From: Malassezia furfur
Lineage: Eukaryota
Assembly: GCA_052055015.1 (NCBI GenBank)
Contig: JBQJIT010000027.1
DNA length: 52,580 bases
Strand: one strand, 5' to 3'
The notes beneath the pieces were generated by a model. That model had not been told where the DNA came from. It ran no database searches and saw only the letters and a list, made by a program, of their open reading frames with translations. The position numbers and the translations under genes were made by a program. Positions 1-9,858 of this stretch are shown here, one piece after another (within the stretch, counting starts at the first letter, position 1; each line of letters starts with the position of its first letter).

Positions 1-87
1 GAGGAGCTTGCGCAGCTCATGGCGCGTGTCGAGAAGGAGAACACCGAGGTCCAGGGCGACGACGACTCGGAGGACGAGGAGGACTAG
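1..87 (+). CDS. SUI2: 3' end of translation initiation factor eIF2 alpha (partial)
   Basis: Frame 1 reads EELAQLMARVEKENTEVQGDDDSEDEED*, resembling the eIF2alpha C-terminus (ELARQMERLERENAEVDGDDD in human). Only 28 aa are visible. Confidence 0.65.
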   Translation, partial: EELAQLMARVEKENTEVQGDDDSEDEED

Positions 88-399
88 GTTGGTACAATGC
101 TTCCTCTCCTTTTTCCCCCGTTACCCCCAAAAAGGCAACACCGTGCGCCCGAGATAGAGGCCGCTGCAGATCTACGGCATGTGTGTATAGAAGGCGAGTG
201 CATCGAGGGCGGGTTCGAGGCGAGCGGGCCGTGCATGCGCACGCCACCGCGCCGCACCGCGGGGGCCGCGCGGCCGGCCAGCGCGGGGCGTACGCCACCG
301 CGTGCACCTCCACATGACCTAATAGGCCCCAAAACGTGGTACGAAGAAAGAGGGCGGCGGCGCACGCGTCGTGCGGGTCCCTTTGCGACGACCTCGACA

Positions 400-2075
400 A
401 TGGCCGAACCACAGGTGGCCTACGCGCAAGACGAGTACGGCAATCCCTTCATTGTCGTGCGCGAGCAGGGGAAGAAGACGCGTGCGCAGGGCACGCAGGC
501 GATCAAGGACCATATCCAGGCGGCGCGGACGGTGTCGACGATTGTGCGCACCTCGCTGGGTCCGCGCGGTCTCGACAAGATTCTGATCAGCCCGGACGGC
601 GATATCCAGGTGACCAACGATGGTGCGACGATTATGGCGAATATGGAGCTGGAGCACCAAATTGCGAAGCTGCTCGTCGAGTTGTCCAAGAGCCAGGACG
701 ACGAGATTGGTGACGGAACGACCGGTGTCGTGGTGCTGGCCGGTGCGCTGCTCGAGCAGTCCGAGGCGCTGATTGACCGCGGCATCCACCCCATCCGCAT
801 TGCGGACGGCTTTGAGCGTGCGTGTGACCTGGCCGTCGAGGCGATCGAGAAGAGCGCCGACACCGTCGAGTTTGACCGCACGCACATCGACGAGCTGCTC
901 AAGGTCGCGAAGACGTCGCTTGGGAGCAAGATGTACGTCGCGCCTGTACTCACCCAGTGTCTCGAAAGCGTCCGACAAGTTTGCGCGCATCGCGATCGAC
1001 GCGGTGCTGAGCGTCGCCGACTTGGACCGCCGCGACGTCGACTTTGAGCTGATCAAGGTCGACGGCAAGGTGGGTGGCGCGCTCGAGGACTCGGCACTCG
1101 TGCACGGTGTGGTGATCGACAAGGACATGTCGCACCCCCAGATGCCGCGCGAGATCCGCGACGCGCGCATCGCGATCCTGACGTGCCCCTTCGAGCCGCC
1201 GCGGCCGAAAACGAAGCACAAGCTGGACATTAGCTCCGTGGAGGAGTACCGCAAGCTCGAGGAGTACGAGCGCAAGACGTTCGAGGGCATGATCCAGAAG
1301 ATCAAGGACGCCGGCGCGAACCTGGTCGTGTGCCAGTGGGGCTTTGACGACGAGGCGAACCACCTGCTGCTCCAGCACGAGCTGCCGGCCGTCCGCTGGG
1401 TGGGCGGCCCCGAGCTCGAGCTGATTGCGATCGCGACCAACGGGCGGATCGTGCCGCGGTTTGAGGACCTGTCTGCGGACAAGCTCGGGCACGCCGGCAT
1501 CGTGCGCGAGGTCAGCTTCGGCACGACGCGCGACCGGATGCTGGTGATCGAAGAGTGTGCCAACTCGCGCGCCGTCACGGCGTTCCTGCGTGGCTCGAAC
1601 AAGATGATTATCGACGAGGCGAAGCGCGCGCTCCACGACGCGATGTGTGTGGTGCGCACGCTCGTCCAGGACAACCGCGTGGTGTACGGCGGTGGTGCGG
1701 CGGAGATCTGTGCGTCGTTGGCCGTCGCGCAAAAGGCGGACGAGATTGCGTCGATTGAGCAGTACGCGATGCGCTCGTTTGCGCAGGCGCTCGATGCGAT
1801 CCCGCTCGCGCTTGCGGAGAACAGCGGGTTGGCGCCGATCGAGAACTTGGCGTTGGTCAAGGCGAAGCAGGCCAACGAAGGGCTGGCGCTCTACGGCATC
1901 GACTGTATGGGCAAGGGTGTATGTACAGCTGCAACTGACACAGACAAACGACATGAAAGAGTGCCGTGTGTTCGACCCGCTCGTGTCGAAGCGGCAGCAG
2001 TTCCTGCTCGCCACGCAGCTCGTGCGTGCCGTGCTGAAAATCGACGACGTGATCCAGGAGCATGCAGTGGAGTAG
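400..2075 (+). CDS. CCT5: T-complex protein 1 subunit epsilon (CCT chaperonin), 3 exons
   Basis: [15 protein letters not shown]-terminus; [28 protein letters not shown] and [16 protein letters not shown] motifs. Three ORF pieces are joined by 25-nt GT-AG introns at 933-957 and 1919-1943. Confidence 0.95.
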
Positions 2076-2163
2076 ACCTAGTCCAAAAAAATTTCGCTCG
2101 GTCGGCCGACCTACTAGGCCCCGCGGGCGCGACGCGTCGACGTGTTCTTTCGGCCTTGGTGCG

Positions 2164-4110
2164 ATGGCGGACGCCGAAGCGAAGAAGCACGCGCGCGAAC
2201 CGAGCGCGGACGTGTCGTCGGACGACGATGACATGGGGCCCATGCCCATGCCCGCCGGCGACGGCAGCGGCACGGCCAAGGACACGGAGCGGGCCAAGCG
2301 GCGCAAGACGCTGCAGTACGAGCGGCTGTACCTCGACCAGCTCCCGAGCGCCGACCGCTACGCCAAGTCGCTCATGCACCGCGACACGATCAACTTTGTG
2401 TCGGTCACGCGGCACACGGCATTCCTGATCACGACGTCCGTCGACGGCCACGTCAAGTTCTGGAAGAAGCAGGCAAGCGGCATCGAGTTCGTCAAGCACT
2501 ACCGTGCGCACGTCGCGATGATTGTCGGCGCGTGCACGAGCGCCGACGGTGCGTACTTTGCGACGATCGCGGCGGACGGCACGGTCAAGGTGTTTGACGT
2601 GCTCAACTACGACCTGATCAACATGATCGAGCTCCCCTATACCCCCCGCGCCTGCTGCTGGGTGCATCGCCGCGGGCGGGCCGACATTGTGCTCGCCATC
2701 GCCGAGGAGAACTCGCCGAACGTGCACTTCTACGATGGGCGCGGCGACGGTACCCCGACGCACACCGTGTCGCACATCCACCGCGAACCGGTGCACATCC
2801 TCGAGTACAACGAGCCGTACGACTGCATCGTCTCGGCAGACGTCGGCGGCATGCTCGAGTACTGGCAGCCGACGGAGCCGTACGGCGTGCCGCCCAACAC
2901 GTTCACGCTCAAGTCTGCGACGGATCTGTTTGAGTTCAAAAAGCGGCGCACTGCGCCCACGACGCTCACCTTCTCGCCCGACTTTGCGCAGTTTGTCACC
3001 GTCTCGATGGCCGACCGGCAGGTGCGCGTGTTTTCCTTTGCCAAGGGCAAGCTGCTGCGCCAGTACGACGAGTCGCTTACGGCCGTGCAGGAGATGCAGC
3101 AGGCGGGCACCACGGCATACGCACTCGATGACATGGAGTTCGGGCGCCGGCTGGCGGTGGAGCGCGACTTGGATGCAACCTACCTCGCCGGCCTCGCCGA
3201 TGCCACGGCGAACGCGTCCGGCGCGGGCACCGCCAACGCCGTATTTGACGAGAGCGGCCACTTTGTCGTGTACCCAACCATGCTGGGCATCAAGGTGATC
3301 AACCTCACGACAAACAAGCTCAGCCGCCTGCTCGGCAAGGACGAGACGGTGCGTTTCTTGCGCCTGGCGCTGTATCAGGGCGTGCCGGACAAGAAGGTGG
3401 CGACGAGCATCGACCTTGCCGCGTCCGAGAACCCCCTCGTGCAGAAGAAGCAGGAGCACGACCCAACGCTCTTTTGCTCTGCCTTCAAGCGCGCGCGCTT
3501 CTACATGTTTACGCGCAGCGAGCCGGAAAACGACCCCAACTCGAAGCTCAGCGGCGCCGACCGCGACGTGCTCAACGAGAAGCCCACGCGCGAGGAGCAG
3601 GCGGTCGCCACGGCCCCGGCCGAGACCAAGCCGAAGCAGCAGATCACCGCCGCGACGCTGCACACGACCGTCGGCGACATCCACCTGCGTCTCTTCCCAG
3701 ACAAGACGCCCAAGACGGTGGAGAACTTTGTGGGACTCGCCAAGAAGGGCTACTACGACGGTGTCATCTTCCACCGTGTCATCAAAAAGTTTATGCTACA
3801 GACCGGCGACCCGCTCGGCGACGGTACAGGCGGCGAGAGCCTGTGGGGCCGCGAGTTTGAGGACGAAATCGTGCCGGAGCTGCGTCACGACAAGCCCTAC
3901 ACGCTCAGCATGGCGAATGCGGGGCCAAACACCAACGGCTCGCAGTTCTTTATCACCACCGTGCCCACGCCGTGGCTCGACGACAAGCACACCGTGTTCG
4001 GCCAAGCGACGGGCGGCCTCGAGGTCATCCACAAGATTGAGCACACGCCGGTGCGCCGTGGTGATCGGCCGATCGACCCGATTGAGATCTTCAGCATTTC
4101 CCTTCGATAG
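2164..4110 (+). CDS. WD40-repeat + cyclophilin peptidyl-prolyl isomerase (PPWD1/Cyp15 type, spliceosome-associated)
   Basis: N-terminal WD40 region (SLMHRD..., [18 protein letters not shown]) and C-terminal cyclophilin domain ([52 protein letters not shown]). Confidence 0.93.
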   Translation: MADAEAKKHAREPSADVSSDDDDMGPMPMPAGDGSGTAKDTERAKRRKTLQYERLYLDQLPSADRYAKSLMHRDTINFVSVTRHTAFLITTSVDGHVKFWKKQASGIEFVKHYRAHVAMIVGACTSADGAYFATIAADGTVKVFDVLNYDLINMIELPYTPRACCWVHRRGRADIVLAIAEENSPNVHFYDGRGDGTPTHTVSHIHREPVHILEYNEPYDCIVSADVGGMLEYWQPTEPYGVPPNTFTLKSATDLFEFKKRRTAPTTLTFSPDFAQFVTVSMADRQVRVFSFAKGKLLRQYDESLTAVQEMQQAGTTAYALDDMEFGRRLAVERDLDATYLAGLADATANASGAGTANAVFDESGHFVVYPTMLGIKVINLTTNKLSRLLGKDETVRFLRLALYQGVPDKKVATSIDLAASENPLVQKKQEHDPTLFCSAFKRARFYMFTRSEPENDPNSKLSGADRDVLNEKPTREEQAVATAPAETKPKQQITAATLHTTVGDIHLRLFPDKTPKTVENFVGLAKKGYYDGVIFHRVIKKFMLQTGDPLGDGTGGESLWGREFEDEIVPELRHDKPYTLSMANAGPNTNGSQFFITTVPTPWLDDKHTVFGQATGGLEVIHKIEHTPVRRGDRPIDPIEIFSISLR

Positions 4111-4184
4111 ACTCACGTTCTCCACAGTAGTCAATTTGGGCCCATTTCGCGGATCGGCCACCTCCGGGTTCCCCTCCACACGGC

Positions 4185-6026
4185 ATGGACATCTGGAGAT
4201 CACCGGGGCTCGGGCACCGCTCGGTGCCGTCGCTGTGGGGGACATCGCAGCGCAGCGGACGCGCCGAATACGCACTGGGCGACGTGCGGCAGGTGCCTAA
4301 GAGTGTCCAGGTGTTCAACGCATGCCTCTTTGATAAGATCCGCGAGAAGAGCAAGGACTGCGGACTCGGCCTCGTCGCCCCGCCCGAGATGGGTCCGGGG
4401 GCCAGCGCAGATGCGCAGGTAGCGCCCGAGCAGGCGGGCGAGCAGGGGGGTAAGGCGTCACACGCCAAGCCAAGCCTGCGCTCGCACGCCGCCAGCCGAC
4501 TCGAGCGGCAGAAACGCACCCACGACGTGATCGAGTCGACCACCGACGTGAAGCGCCTGCTCTGGGAGGCCCAGGCGGCCTTTTCGGCGCACCAGTACAC
4601 CCTCGCGGCAGTCCTGTATCGGCGCGCTGCCGAGCTCGGCAGCGATTACGCGTGTGCGTTCCTCGCCAAGCTGTTTGGCTTTGGCGTCGTGCGGGCCAAC
4701 CAGTCCCTCTTTCTGTTTGAGCGCGACTCGCTCCGTGGAATCGCATGGGGCATCTTGGCATTTGAGCGTATCACCCAGCAGATGCAGAAGCTCTCGTCAC
4801 ACACGGCCGATTACGCCGCGCAGCTCTCGCTGCTGAACCAGACGCTCACGCTACTGTGCACGCTGCTGTGTTCGCCCGAGGCCTGCCAGGCGCTGGCAAC
4901 GGACGAATCACAGGCAGACATCTCCTTCTCGCTCCTGTTGCTCTTCCCGCGCTCGTGCGAAGTGTACACGGCGCGCCCCTCGCACGACCTGCAGCACGCA
5001 GAGGACGCGCGCCGGTCGATCTGGACGGCACTCCAGGACGCGTTGCACAACGCCCAGCCACTCTTTATCATGCCGTCCGACGCGGACGAGCCTACCGACT
5101 CGGTCCAACTCGAGTCCGCCAAGGCGCTCGCCCGGACGCACGCCGCGTTCCTCGAGGCTTTCCTGGCGATGCGCGCTGCATTTATGGACAAGTCAACGGC
5201 GTCCGTCGACGCGGTCTACCAAGCGTGGCTCACGTACCTCGAGACCGCGAGCGCATGCCCCGACTCAGCAAGCCTTATGCGCTACCGCCGCGTCGCAGCC
5301 GAGGGCCAGCAGTGGTCGGCACCGACCAGCGAGCGCAACATCAACGCCGTGGTCAGCGCCGCGGAGCACTCGGCACTCTCCAAACGCATTTCGAGCATTT
5401 TCCCGTTCGCGTCCGCATCCAAGGACCAGCGCCGTGGGTCCTCGTCGGCGCTGCAGGACGTCAACAACCTGCTCCGTCAGCCCGCGCCCCCCGGCTTTTC
5501 GCGCACGGGATCGTCGATGGGGCGCACCTCGGCGCGTGGCCCGAGTGGACCCGCTCTACTCAAACGCCCGTCGATCGCCCCGGTCGTCTCGACTGCATCG
5601 AGCGAGTCGATCACGGCACAGAGTCCGGGGCGCTACATGGGTGCCTCGTCGACGCTGCGGAGTATGTCGGAGCGACAAGTCTCGCGCGAGGCCTCGCAGG
5701 CCAGTGTGGGTGCACGGCCATGGAGTCGGCGTCCCTCGGTATCCTCTGTGGCATCCACGACCGACACGCCCTCGTACCTCGACCGGATGCGCGACGAGGT
5801 GCCGACGTTCTCGCGGCGACGCACGTCGAGCATTGTCTCGGTGTCCCCCTCGCTCATGTTCCCCGTGAAGAGCAACGAGCTACCCGAGGCTGTTCTCTAT
5901 GATGAGCCGGCTACGACCGCGGCTACGCAAGCGCCTCCGATGGAGCGGTCCAACACGATGCAGGACCTCCGTGCACGGCTGCGGCGCCAAGCGTCCACTG
6001 CCTCGCTTCACACGCTGGGAGGGTGA
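4185..6026 (+). CDS. Hypothetical protein with one Sel1-like/helical segment and an S/R-rich disordered C-terminus
   Basis: 613-aa ORF filling the gap between two genes. LYRRAAELGSDYACAFLAKLFGFG resembles a Sel1-like repeat; RRxS motifs occur in the tail. Confidence 0.7.
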   Translation: MDIWRSPGLGHRSVPSLWGTSQRSGRAEYALGDVRQVPKSVQVFNACLFDKIREKSKDCGLGLVAPPEMGPGASADAQVAPEQAGEQGGKASHAKPSLRSHAASRLERQKRTHDVIESTTDVKRLLWEAQAAFSAHQYTLAAVLYRRAAELGSDYACAFLAKLFGFGVVRANQSLFLFERDSLRGIAWGILAFERITQQMQKLSSHTADYAAQLSLLNQTLTLLCTLLCSPEACQALATDESQADISFSLLLLFPRSCEVYTARPSHDLQHAEDARRSIWTALQDALHNAQPLFIMPSDADEPTDSVQLESAKALARTHAAFLEAFLAMRAAFMDKSTASVDAVYQAWLTYLETASACPDSASLMRYRRVAAEGQQWSAPTSERNINAVVSAAEHSALSKRISSIFPFASASKDQRRGSSSALQDVNNLLRQPAPPGFSRTGSSMGRTSARGPSGPALLKRPSIAPVVSTASSESITAQSPGRYMGASSTLRSMSERQVSREASQASVGARPWSRRPSVSSVASTTDTPSYLDRMRDEVPTFSRRRTSSIVSVSPSLMFPVKSNELPEAVLYDEPATTAATQAPPMERSNTMQDLRARLRRQASTASLHTLGG

Positions 6027-6079
6027 GCAAAGCGAAACAACGTGATATACGGGAAACAATAAGGCCTTAATAACAGTTC

Positions 6080-6177
6080 TCCTAGTTAGTACAACGGTTA
6101 GTATATGTCGCTCTCATAAGATCTCACTTGGTCTGTGAAGCGCCGACAAGACCCGGGTTCGACTCCCGGATTGGGAA
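6080..6177 (+). tRNA. tRNA-Glu(CTC) with 26-nt intron (6117-6142)
   Basis: Acceptor TCCTAGT/ATTGGGA, anticodon stem TGTCG/CGACA with CT-CTC-A loop, T-arm CCGGG-TTCGACT-CCCGG, downstream T6 Pol III terminator. Confidence 0.92.
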
Positions 6178-6323
6178 CACCTTTTTTGCCACTCCACGGA
6201 AACGCAGGCATTTTCCTTTTGGAATTTTCGAAAATTGCCGAAATCCCGTGGAGGATCGCGGCGCGCCGTCCGCGGCGCCGTGCGGCGGTGGGCCAGGAGC
6301 TCCTACGCACGAGTTGGGTATAT

Positions 6324-6950
6324 CTACGAGAGATGCGCATCGTACTCTTGCGCATCGAGGCGATTATGTACCCGGTCCAAAAACTCTTTCCGGTGCAGGT
6401 AGCCCTTGACGTCGCTCAGTCCACTACCGCCGCCGCGCGTTTGCGCATCGAGCTCCTCGCGTTCAGCTTCCGACATGGTTTCCGGCGCACCCGTCGTAGG
6501 CACGGTACCCTTGTAGGTCTCCCAGTCCAACTTGGACTTTTCGAGCGTGTTGAGCTTGACCGGCTGAGCGGTTGCCGCGGCACTAAGGTCCGCGAGCTGG
6601 CTCTTGCGCTTTTTGCGCGTCTTGGACGCGAGCGTGCCGAGCTGCGACACGCGCTTTTTGGCGACGCCAGGCGTGGGCGCCTTTTCGTCCTGTGTCGCAG
6701 ACGGCGTAGGTTTGCTGTCTTGCTCGCGTGCCGGGTCCTGCTGCGTGGCCGACGTGGCGCGTGCCTCGTCGCGCGCGCTGTCGTCGTCGACGCCGGCGCG
6801 TGGTTCGTCTTTAGAAGCCGGGGCGGTCGGCTCCGTAGGCGCTGTGGCGCCGGCCTTTTCCGGCATGTCGTCCTTGCGTGTTTCGTGCGGTGTTGTGCTC
6901 TCTACACGGGGCGATGCATTGGGCGGCGTGCCCGGGCGCTCGGACCCCAT
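6324..6950 (-). CDS. SWC5: SWR1-complex subunit Swc5 / CFDP1 (BCNT domain)
   Basis: C-terminal BCNT signature KLNTLEKSKLDW...GYLHRKEFLDRV. Start codon uncertain. Confidence 0.85.
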   Translation of the reverse strand: MGSERPGTPPNASPRVESTTPHETRKDDMPEKAGATAPTEPTAPASKDEPRAGVDDDSARDEARATSATQQDPAREQDSKPTPSATQDEKAPTPGVAKKRVSQLGTLASKTRKKRKSQLADLSAAATAQPVKLNTLEKSKLDWETYKGTVPTTGAPETMSEAEREELDAQTRGGGSGLSDVKGYLHRKEFLDRVHNRLDAQEYDAHLS

Positions 6951-7105
6951 TTCCTCACGCGCGATGCAGCAACAGGGTCAAGGAACGGCGTTATCTGCCC
7001 TCCACATCGGATTTTGTGTTCGCCGCATTTCGATTGTGGGGAGGGCGCGCGGGTTTGTGACGCCACAACCACCATCTGTTTGCACCCCCTTGCTGATGAT
7101 CTACT

Positions 7106-9100
7106 ATGACCGAGAGACGATCACCCCATGGTACGGGTCCAACTACGCCCCATCGTGTACATGATGCACCCTTCCACGCGAACGGCCACGGCGTGGCCAC
7201 GATCACCATCCGCTCGCCGACGATGTCGGCGCCGCATCGGCACGAGCGTGATACCATGTGCCCCTGGAGCGTGCAAGTCGATGCACCCGAGTCGCTTGCG
7301 AGCTCCATTGCCGATCTGCACGAGATCCAGGAGCCATCCATCCTAGAGACAGGCCGCCGCAGCGAGTGCGAGAGCACTCCTGCACCGCCTCCTGCGGACG
7401 CCGACAGAGAGCCGGCGCCGCCTACCTCCGATACCACCGATGCGCCGGCATCGCCGTCGCTGCGGTCGATGCTCGTGACGCTGCTCGACCGTCTGTACGA
7501 GACCTTCTCCTCCCATACGCCGCCGAACGAGCCGCCGGCCGCACCGCCGGCCGCACCGCCACGCCGCGACAGCGGAACGGCGACGGCGACGGCGACGCCG
7601 CCATCGCGTGCGGCGGAGCAGGACACGCCACGCGTGGCGGACGAAGGGGCCCAAGGCGCGCGTGCGCACCGCGATCACTCGGAGTGGATCCTGGATGCAG
7701 CGGCCGATGCGCTGCGCCGCGTCCAGGAACGCGATGTGGCCGATGCATCCCCGGCCGATGTGCCCGAGGCCGCGCCCGAGGAGGCGCATGTCCCCGAGCC
7801 GAGCGCGCCTGTGGACGCGTCGGCGCAGGAGCCTGCCGCGTCCGCGGCCCCGACGTTGCCCGAGGGCGCTACGGAGGCTACCTCGTCGCCCACCGCCTCT
7901 GCGCCCGCAGAGGCGCCCACCCCTGCGCCCGATGCGGCCGACCACGAGGCGGAAGACTCTGCGCCCGAGTCGGCAACGGCGCCCCCGCCGTCGTCCGACG
8001 ACGTGCCGCAGGGCACGACGTTCACGCCGAACCCCGGCACGGAGAACGGGCCGCAGTACCTCATGTACATCCCCCGGTCTGCGTCGCCGTTCCCCTTTGG
8101 CTTCTTGTACGACACGGACGCGAGCCTCGTGTGGCCGATCCTCGACCGCGAGACGTCGAACGGCGATGGGGGCGATGCGCCCCGCACCGTACACGTCGTG
8201 GGCTTCCCCTTCCGTGTGTCGTTTACTTTCCGCGCGCCGGAGCCCGAGGAGCAGCCGGACCCGGAGCGTGCGGCGCAGTTCGTGCAGGGTCTTGAGCAGG
8301 TCGACGCGGAGCTACGCAAGCGTATGAGCCGCTTCGGCATCTCGGACCTCGGTGCGGACGTGCTGGGCGACACCGACGGCCCCGTGACGGGGTGCGGTGT
8401 GTGCCTGGAGCCGTATGCGCGCGATGACCGCCCCGCGTGGTTTGTTGGCGAGGCGCAGCACGAGAAGGAGACGGTCGTTGTGGTGCCGTGTGCAGGTTTC
8501 CACACGCTGCACGCGTCGTGCCTGCGTGACTGGCTCGCGAATACGCCGCCGAACAAGTGGGCATGCCCGTTCTGCCGCGCGCCGATCGGCCGCGATCCGG
8601 CGCCCATGACGCTGGTCGAGCACGTGCGGCTCAAGGAGCGCGAGGTCGGGTGGCGGTGCGATGCGCCCGCGTGCCTGCCGTGTTTCCCGAACGAGGAGTT
8701 GCCGGACGTGTACGGGAACGGCGCGTTTGGTACCCAGATGATCAAGATGCACCCGTGCAACCACGAGGTGCACATGGACTGTCTGTGCGTGACGATGAGC
8801 GTCGAGTACGATCATGCGTTTGTGCCGCGGGACGAGCTGGACGATGCAAACGCGCCCCCGTCGCCCGTCGACGGCGCGCTGTCCGTGCCGCCTGCCGCGC
8901 CCGAGGTCGCGGAGCGCCGCGCACGGACGCCCCTGGTGCTGCCGGACGGTGCCGAGTCGGACGCGGCGTACGACACGGTGGGCAAGTGGGTGACGTGCCC
9001 CGCGTGCCGCAAGGACGCGTGGGCCCAGGTGCCTACGTGTCGGCGCCCGCGGCGCAGCCGGTCCCAGGCGGGCGGTGCCGGTGCGCCGCCGCTGCCGTAA
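7106..9100 (+). CDS. RING-H2 zinc-finger protein (putative E3 ubiquitin ligase) with two RING-like modules
   Basis: CGVC...PCAGFHTLHASC...CPFCR, followed by CDAPAC...PCNHEVHMDC...CPACR. Pro/Ala-rich disordered N-terminus. The start may be the downstream ATG at 7223. Confidence 0.8.
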   Translation: MTERRSPHGTGPTTPHRVHDAPFHANGHGVATITIRSPTMSAPHRHERDTMCPWSVQVDAPESLASSIADLHEIQEPSILETGRRSECESTPAPPPADADREPAPPTSDTTDAPASPSLRSMLVTLLDRLYETFSSHTPPNEPPAAPPAAPPRRDSGTATATATPPSRAAEQDTPRVADEGAQGARAHRDHSEWILDAAADALRRVQERDVADASPADVPEAAPEEAHVPEPSAPVDASAQEPAASAAPTLPEGATEATSSPTASAPAEAPTPAPDAADHEAEDSAPESATAPPPSSDDVPQGTTFTPNPGTENGPQYLMYIPRSASPFPFGFLYDTDASLVWPILDRETSNGDGGDAPRTVHVVGFPFRVSFTFRAPEPEEQPDPERAAQFVQGLEQVDAELRKRMSRFGISDLGADVLGDTDGPVTGCGVCLEPYARDDRPAWFVGEAQHEKETVVVVPCAGFHTLHASCLRDWLANTPPNKWACPFCRAPIGRDPAPMTLVEHVRLKEREVGWRCDAPACLPCFPNEELPDVYGNGAFGTQMIKMHPCNHEVHMDCLCVTMSVEYDHAFVPRDELDDANAPPSPVDGALSVPPAAPEVAERRARTPLVLPDGAESDAAYDTVGKWVTCPACRKDAWAQVPTCRRPRRSRSQAGGAGAPPLP

Positions 9101-9242
9101 CGCGTGTGTGTGTCAGAGCCTCGTGTAATAGTTGCTAGGGCCAAGACTTGCTTACGAAATGCGCACGGGCCCTGCGTGCCCGTGGGCAGGGGGCCGCAGG
9201 GGATTGGGGGGCCGGCGATGCGCGCGGTTAGGCGCACCCACC

Positions 9243-9827
9243 ATGTCTGAAGGCGCCTCCGCATCGGAGCGCCGTGGGGCACGCGATCCTCCCGTGCGTG
9301 CAAGTTCAAGCGTGTTTGACGAGGGTGCATCGTCCGCGCACCCCCCTCCCGCGTCGCCTGCGCTGCGCCGCGATCGCCAGCGCAGCGTGAGCACGCGCCC
9401 CTCGCGGCGCTCGCTCACGGCCTCGGACGGCTCGGCGGCGATGGACCGGCGTGCGAGTGTGCTGGCGGCCAAGGGCAAGCCCATGCGAGACGACAGCAAC
9501 GACGAGGTCGACACGTTTGAGCGCAAAGACGACGAACACCGGCACCTCGACCGCGGCGAGGCGCTCATCCGCCGGCGCATGCGCGAGCGCAAGCGCGAGC
9601 GGCTGCGCAAGCTGCAGCAGGAGCGCGGCGACCTCACACGGTCCTTCACGTCCGATAGCGTGCACGCGGGCGCCGACGATACGCTGATGACGCCCCCGTC
9701 CTTGCGCCCGAGCCAGTCGTACTCGCGCAGCAGCCGCCGCTTCAGCACCGCCACGAGCCATGGCACGCGCGACGATGAGGAGGCGATCGACGATGCGTCG
9801 ACGGACCGCGATGGCGACGACGCGAGT

Positions 9828-9858
<31 letters not shown>

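Noticed and set aside
931..960. Apparent frameshifts or pseudogenisation in CCT5, ERG24, derlin, DCS1 and TBCD
   Set aside because: Every break is explained by a GT-AG micro-intron with a branch motif that restores conserved sequence.
6135..7109. 324-aa plus-strand ORF
   Set aside because: It overlaps tRNA-Glu and is antisense to SWC5; its Arg-rich composition is typical of a shadow frame.
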